DNA of 64,000 nucleotides. It comes from an uncultured Ruficoccus sp. (GTDB taxonomy: Bacteria; Verrucomicrobiota; Verrucomicrobiia; Opitutales; Cerasicoccaceae). Location of the stretch: assembly GCA_965140785.1 (NCBI GenBank), contig OZ223497.1, positions 64,001-128,000 on the forward strand. The letters run 5' to 3'. The notes below the pieces were generated by a model, which was not told where the DNA came from, made no database searches, and was given only the letters and a program-made list of their open reading frames with translations. Shown piece after piece: positions 58,663 to 64,000 of this stretch. Position 1 is the stretch's first letter; each line of letters begins with the position of its first letter. The position numbers were made by a program, and so were the translations under genes.

Positions 58663-61461
58663 TTAGTCCAAGCGGTCGAATGCCTGGCGAACAACGGCCC
58701 TTTCGTCCTTTTCATAGATCGCAATATTGATGGGGGACTTCAACCCCATCGCTCGAAAGGTACGTTCGACGACCAATGCCAGTTGCCAGTAATGGTCCTC
58801 GCGGGTGTCCACACTCGGTGGCTCCTGCGGGAGCGGGAGCTGCGGTTGCCTGAGGAGAGAGCGGTAGATGGAGCGAGAAGGGCTCAGATAAGCTTCCTCG
58901 GGAGCAATCTCCAGCAGATGCGTCAGGGCTTCGGCAATTTTATCGTGGGGTGCATCTTCGACTTTAGCCACCAGACGTTCCAGCGTGAGAGCGAGTGCAC
59001 AGCGAAGGTCGAAAGGAGCTGTCGAGTCGAACGCGACTTCAAACAGTGAAGGAAGGCATTGTTCCGTCCCGCATATTCTGAGCAGGTTGATGGCGAGAAA
59101 CCAGTTGGGCACATCGATCCACTGGTTAAACGCACCCCGGGCGACATGGGGCGTTTCTTGTCCACGCTCTCGTGTTTGCAAGGCATGGATAAGTCGTGGC
59201 TCGGCACGTTCGTCTCCCCACATGGCCACGACGGTGGCCGCCAGCCAGGAGACGGGAGCCAGATCTGACGCCAGGCGCTTCAGCACTTCGGTTTCGTATC
59301 GAGTACGATCCTGATAAAGTGTCCAAAGGAAGCCGGATGCCAGGCCCTTGTCCAATTGTTCGAGCGGGGATTCCTGCCATTTGTCAGTTGATTTCGCAGC
59401 ACTCAGCGCGTTCGTCTCGGCCAGTTTATCTCGCCATATCTCTGGCGTGAGATCCTTGAGCGGGCGTTTGTCGCGGGTGCTGGCAATTGAGGCATAAGCG
59501 GCGGCCTCCGCCATGCGCTGGACATCCCGCTGCACTCTTACCGCATAGGCGGCATCGGTGCTGGCTCCGAGTGCTCGACAAGCCAGGCAGAGGTTGTCCA
59601 GATCGGGTAAAAGCAACGCTCCAAACGGAAGTCCGGCGTGCCCGATTCCGCGGAAGTGCTTACAAGCCCAAAGCCAGAACAGTACCTCATCGCTCTCAAA
59701 GGCAAAATCGATACTATGGGTGTCGAGTGGCGAGCGGACTTGCCCGATACTGTCGGGACAGTCCGTATGCCGGATCAAGTCATCCAGTCCCAACCTTTTG
59801 AGCGTGATAAAGTTTCTCGACTGACGAATTCCCAATGTCGGCGCCATTTGCAGGATGTGTTCATCATCAGTGGAGATTTCATTGCGGTAGAGGGTGATCG
59901 CGGTGAGGCGCGCACGGGTCAGATCTTCTGGATCAGTCGGGTCTGCCCAACCCACATCGAAGTTATTACCTCCCACCTCGCGTTTGTTTTCCTTTAGGGC
60001 GAGCTTCCAGCACGCCTGCGAATAGCTCAGGCATAGCCCATCGCCCGGTCGCCCTTGTTCAAAGCGCGCACCAGCCAGCGCGGCGAGGTCTCCATCCCCG
60101 GTCGAGTCTATGACCGCGGCTGGCTTGATCCTAAGCAGTCTGGTCGCAGTTGCGGCCATGACTTCAGTTACGCGTCCATGCTCGGTGGTCACATCATAGG
60201 CCAACGTTTCGTTCAAAAAGTTGCTGGTCTCGTTTTTATACAATAAGGCAAAGGCGAGCTTCTTTGCCTGGACTGATCCATTGTAGCTATCGATTCGCTG
60301 ACATGGGTCGAGTCGTTTGACGTACTGTTGCTTCTCGGCGTCCAGTTCTTCAAAAAATCCTCCCGGCTGGCCATGGAAGTAGGTAGAAATGAAGCCGTCG
60401 GTTGATATGCCTCCGCTCGTAGGTGACGTGTCGATTGCGACAACCTGGGCTCCCTCGCGTTGGGCGGTCAGCGCGGCCATTGCCCCACCGGTTCCCGTTC
60501 CGGCCACCAGAATTTCGCAACTGATTTCGGTGATGGGTAACGATATTGTCTGCTCAACGCCGTCATCTTGAGCGGCTTGTGTGGCGGACAGGGAGCCAAC
60601 GGCCTCTAGGCCCAAGCTGAAGCGATCTGCCAGAGCCCTAATCATACGCCCGGTAAGCGCTGGGCTAGCTGATACGAGATTACCCATAATCGCAGGTCCA
60701 TGAGGGAAGTCCTCAGTGGCATCAAACTCAGCGATGGGGCTTGAAAGTAATATGATAGAGGCCTCTTTATTCTCCCCTTCAAGCGAGTCGCGAAAAGCCA
60801 GAGAACTGTTAGCTAACTCCGAAATCGCCATTGGCGAGTCGGATCGAAAGCAAACCGTGTATTCGTTTTCCCAAGGTCTCTTTTCGATGTCAACCGACTG
60901 AGGTAAGGATGTCAGATCGGATTTCTCGATGTCCTTGAGTCCCATGACGAGCGTACGATTCGCATAGCATGACGGTGTGCGCATCGGAAGCCTCGGCTCT
61001 GGTGAGAGGCGAAATAAGGCCGCTTCGTCCGACGCATCAATCCATCGCTTGGCACGAATCTGTCGTCGCCCGCTTTTTGTGCCAACGACAACGGAGCGGA
61101 GAGTATTCCCACGCCAGCTTCCTTCTATGGGGTACGCCTGCAAGAGTGTCCGTATGTTATCGCGCTTTTCACGTAGCGTTGCGCACGCGAGTATTTCCGC
61201 TCCGGCGCAGTCGATCAATCCAGGTTTGCTCCAGCCATTCCGGGAGAGATGATCGAACCATTCTGTCCATTCGGTGGATTCGAGATGGCCGGCTTCGGTG
61301 GCCAACCCACGGCCAGACTCCCACAGCACTTCAAAGCGTCGGTGGAAAAGTAGCACGCTCAGGCCTTGATCCGAGGCCTTAAGCGCGGCGGCAAAGGCGG
61401 CATAACCGCTACCATAGATGGCAAGGTCGAAGGTATGGTTAAAGATAGATGTATAGCTCAT
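58663..61461 (-). CDS. FAD-dependent oxidoreductase with two Rossmann motifs and a HEAT-like C-terminus
   Basis: IYGSGYAAFAAA and VAGTGTGGAMAA; IDASD and IDSTGDGD; GIRQSR; helical C-terminus. Confidence 0.8.
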   Translation of the reverse strand: MSYTSIFNHTFDLAIYGSGYAAFAAALKASDQGLSVLLFHRRFEVLWESGRGLATEAGHLESTEWTEWFDHLSRNGWSKPGLIDCAGAEILACATLREKRDNIRTLLQAYPIEGSWRGNTLRSVVVGTKSGRRQIRAKRWIDASDEAALFRLSPEPRLPMRTPSCYANRTLVMGLKDIEKSDLTSLPQSVDIEKRPWENEYTVCFRSDSPMAISELANSSLAFRDSLEGENKEASIILLSSPIAEFDATEDFPHGPAIMGNLVSASPALTGRMIRALADRFSLGLEAVGSLSATQAAQDDGVEQTISLPITEISCEILVAGTGTGGAMAALTAQREGAQVVAIDTSPTSGGISTDGFISTYFHGQPGGFFEELDAEKQQYVKRLDPCQRIDSYNGSVQAKKLAFALLYKNETSNFLNETLAYDVTTEHGRVTEVMAATATRLLRIKPAAVIDSTGDGDLAALAGARFEQGRPGDGLCLSYSQACWKLALKENKREVGGNNFDVGWADPTDPEDLTRARLTAITLYRNEISTDDEHILQMAPTLGIRQSRNFITLKRLGLDDLIRHTDCPDSIGQVRSPLDTHSIDFAFESDEVLFWLWACKHFRGIGHAGLPFGALLLPDLDNLCLACRALGASTDAAYAVRVQRDVQRMAEAAAYASIASTRDKRPLKDLTPEIWRDKLAETNALSAAKSTDKWQESPLEQLDKGLASGFLWTLYQDRTRYETEVLKRLASDLAPVSWLAATVVAMWGDERAEPRLIHALQTRERGQETPHVARGAFNQWIDVPNWFLAINLLRICGTEQCLPSLFEVAFDSTAPFDLRCALALTLERLVAKVEDAPHDKIAEALTHLLEIAPEEAYLSPSRSIYRSLLRQPQLPLPQEPPSVDTREDHYWQLALVVERTFRAMGLKSPINIAIYEKDERAVVRQAFDRLD

Positions 61462-61480
61462 GGGAAAATCAATTTTGGTA

Positions 61481-63784
61481 TCATTGTTCAGGTTGCTTAT
61501 CTTCGGACTGTTTCCGCGACTCAAAGGCTGCTTTGTCCATCAGGGAGACTTCGCCTTCGACACGCCCATCATCGAGCGGATTATCTACACGCGCCTTGAG
61601 ATCGAGGAAAAGTCTGCGGGCATCGATAACACCGCCGATCATGAACCAGACCGTTGTGACGACACCAACGATGAGTCCGGCAATGATGATGGTTATGAGA
61701 AAATACGTACTCCACCATTCTTTTGGCCAGGGGCTGATCAAATTCCAGATGAGAACTATCACGAAGCAGCCGATAAACTTGTAGACGATCATGTAGTAAA
61801 AAATGGACCATGCGATAATGCGGTCGCCCTTTGTGTGGTCCGGCGTGATGCCGATCAGCTTTTTGATCAGGTTGCGCCAGGTCCAGGGGACGGCAATGTG
61901 CTTCTCTCCATCGATGCTGTATTGACCGCGGTGCAGGAGGCGTTCGAGGTTATAAGGAGTTTTATTGGTCAGCATCGACACGCTCACGTAGGCCGAGATA
62001 CCCAGGAGTATTGCGATGAAGGACAGCTCATAGGAGTTGATCGGGAACTTTACCGCGCTCATTTCCCACTCAATGTAGGGATTGAAGGGGCTGGAGGCCC
62101 GGGTGAGGAAATTCGCCGCTGTATCGACCCATCCATGACGGTCCAGGAAGGGATAGACGGTGTTTGCCCAGTTGCGCTGCAAAAAGAGCCCAAGAATCGA
62201 AAATCCACTGCCAAATAGCAGCGAGGCATAGGCTCCGGCCGTTGTACCGAAGCGTGAATACAGCCCGCCGATCATGATCGGCCCTGCTCCTCCCAGCCAT
62301 ATCGCCGTCATGATCGTGGTGAACATGTTGATATAATCCAGGTTGACGAACAGGATGGACACGCACCAGAAGAAGACGGCGACACCAACTGTGACGAGGC
62401 GCAGGAGCAGCAGATGGCGCTTGGGACTGAGGGTGGTCTTCAGGTTGGGTAAGATAATATCCTGAACGATGATCGAGGAGGAGTTGAACAGCCGTGAATC
62501 ATCGGTCGAAAGCATCAGCATCAAGACGAGCAGGCAGAACAGACCAAGCAGACCGATGGGAAACACCTGTTTGAGTGTCACGGGCATCATCATCTGAAAA
62601 TAAAGGGTGCGGTAGCGCTGGAATTGGTAATTCGCCTCCGGCGTATCTCCAAGTGTGTCACGAACCGTATCGAAGTAGACCGTGTCGAGATTGCTTTGCT
62701 GGGACAGGGGCGGGTCCTGGCCAATAATGTGGTGCTGTTCGGGAATCGCCGCAATGCGCTCATTAAGCTCGTCGCGCTTAGCCGGGTTCGTGACGATTTT
62801 CTCCGTGATTCTTTCGGAGAGCTCGGTACGCACCTCGCGTGCCTGCCCGGCGTAATTTATATGCGTCATGGTTGTGATGACCATGATCGCGATAGCGAGG
62901 GCCATAAACGCGGAAAGCCCGGCGCGCCATGAGCCCAGCAACCCAGCCATTTTCTGTTCGTGGGGCGTGCGTGCCGACGTGGTGTCGTTGCCAATCCAGC
63001 TTGCGCGGTTAAGGATACTGCTGAAAACCTGTACGGATAATGCGAAAATGTTGAAGTCGCGCAGTTGTTCGATGTCGAAAGGGTTTATGAAGCTTTGCCC
63101 GTCCACGCGGTCCATCATCGTGGGGGAAATCTCGTTCCCCCAAGAGATGTTCAGGATGAGATAACCTGTAATAATAACAAAAACGGGATAGCTGATCAGC
63201 CCCTGAAAGCAGTCGGTCATCAGCAGGGAAACGCGCCCCCCCGGCCATATCACCATCAGCGCCATGCACAGCACAAGTGTCACCACGATCCCATAACAGG
63301 GCAAGGGAACGCCGAAAACCATGACTTCGTGCGGCAATCCCAGGTAGTAAATGAAGAAATTGGCCGCGATGGCCGGGCCAATCGCATTCGTCAGCATTTC
63401 TGAAACGGTCCGTAACGATGCTCCTACGATACGGAATCGGCGGCTATATCGCATCTCTAGAAATTGTCCGATCGATAGCGACTTGGTTTCACGGAAGCGA
63501 TACGTGCAGTAGCCGGTTAAGCCCATGAAGATACTTACCGGCATGATCAGGTAGTGCCAAAAGAAGATGCCATAGCCGGTTTGGTATTTCATCTCCGTCA
63601 GGGCGACCAGCGTGATGACGCCCATGGTCGTTGTCATGTCCCCGACGGAAAGCACATAACGTCCGGCTACACGGCCAGCAGCGAGGAAATCAACAACACC
63701 ATGAACGAATTTTCGAGAATAGAACGATAGGCCCAAAATCGAGACGGTTGGGACAATTACGATGAGCCAGTCTATGAAATGCAT
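61481..63784 (-). CDS. Sodium:solute symporter family protein (paralog 2)
   Basis: Colinear with 24118-26424, with long identical stretches. Confidence 0.9.
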   Translation of the reverse strand: MHFIDWLIVIVPTVSILGLSFYSRKFVHGVVDFLAAGRVAGRYVLSVGDMTTTMGVITLVALTEMKYQTGYGIFFWHYLIMPVSIFMGLTGYCTYRFRETKSLSIGQFLEMRYSRRFRIVGASLRTVSEMLTNAIGPAIAANFFIYYLGLPHEVMVFGVPLPCYGIVVTLVLCMALMVIWPGGRVSLLMTDCFQGLISYPVFVIITGYLILNISWGNEISPTMMDRVDGQSFINPFDIEQLRDFNIFALSVQVFSSILNRASWIGNDTTSARTPHEQKMAGLLGSWRAGLSAFMALAIAIMVITTMTHINYAGQAREVRTELSERITEKIVTNPAKRDELNERIAAIPEQHHIIGQDPPLSQQSNLDTVYFDTVRDTLGDTPEANYQFQRYRTLYFQMMMPVTLKQVFPIGLLGLFCLLVLMLMLSTDDSRLFNSSSIIVQDIILPNLKTTLSPKRHLLLLRLVTVGVAVFFWCVSILFVNLDYINMFTTIMTAIWLGGAGPIMIGGLYSRFGTTAGAYASLLFGSGFSILGLFLQRNWANTVYPFLDRHGWVDTAANFLTRASSPFNPYIEWEMSAVKFPINSYELSFIAILLGISAYVSVSMLTNKTPYNLERLLHRGQYSIDGEKHIAVPWTWRNLIKKLIGITPDHTKGDRIIAWSIFYYMIVYKFIGCFVIVLIWNLISPWPKEWWSTYFLITIIIAGLIVGVVTTVWFMIGGVIDARRLFLDLKARVDNPLDDGRVEGEVSLMDKAAFESRKQSEDKQPEQ

Positions 63785-63845
63785 GGAAATGGGGTTGGTA
63801 GGTATTGGGGGCCATTGGGCTTACCCCTGCTATTTATGCAAGAAC

Positions 63846-63880
63846 TGTTTTCCAGAATGGATGTATTGTTCTGGAAAACA
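63846..63880. other. Perfect 12-bp inverted repeat upstream of the symporter
   Basis: tgttttccagaa-N11-ttctggaaaaca. Confidence 0.6.
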
Positions 63881-64000
63881 ACTAGTGACGCATGCTTACC
63901 CATGCACTGGACTATTGGCGGCCTTTCGGGATGCGACTGCTGATCAGTCGATTGAGTATGTCTGGTGGGCTTTCCTGCGAGGGGTCGTCAGAGAAAGAGG

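Larger units (their letters stand above)
4362..64000. mobile_element. Mosaic genomic island / accessory region downstream of tRNA-Ser (right end not in window)
   Basis: Visible GC drop after the tRNA; many IS remnants, an integrase fragment, internal duplications and pseudogenes. No intact integrase seen; a high-GC block at about 10.5-15.1 kb interrupts it. Confidence 0.7.

Overview
Bacterial chromosome segment, most likely from Verrucomicrobiota (Opitutia-like). This is inferred from four PEP-CTERM proteins, two prepilin/H-X9-DG proteins and the regulator and symporter types. Bases 1-4361 are high-GC core genes (mgtE, isochorismatase, metallophosphoesterase, LpxR-like protein) ending at tRNA-Ser(CGA). 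The rest is a lower-GC, rearranged accessory region, interrupted by a high-GC LysM-amidase/metE/metR block at about 10.5-15.1 kb. It holds IS3 and integrase-core transposases, integrase/AraC/SDR fragments, and a partly duplicated three-gene module of unknown function. It also holds three related carbohydrate-utilisation loci, none with a SusC/D or TonB-dependent receptor. Each has a LacI/GntR regulator and a paralogous LamG-like PEP-CTERM protein plus CAZymes; two also have an adjacent pseudopilin-like gene and a paralogous large sodium:solute symporter. Main observations: (1) this repeated PUL-like cassette; (2) 23-49 bp hairpin micro-insertions, two sharing a scaffold and sitting just before the C-L codons of the E-C-L motif in two different transposases; (3) a 14-bp operator-like motif upstream of five genes; (4) an H-NS-like small protein in the unknown module; (5) a tmRNA-like att core at an SDR breakpoint; (6) a structured leader upstream of a PEP-CTERM gene. 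All family calls come from reading motifs by eye; no searches were run.
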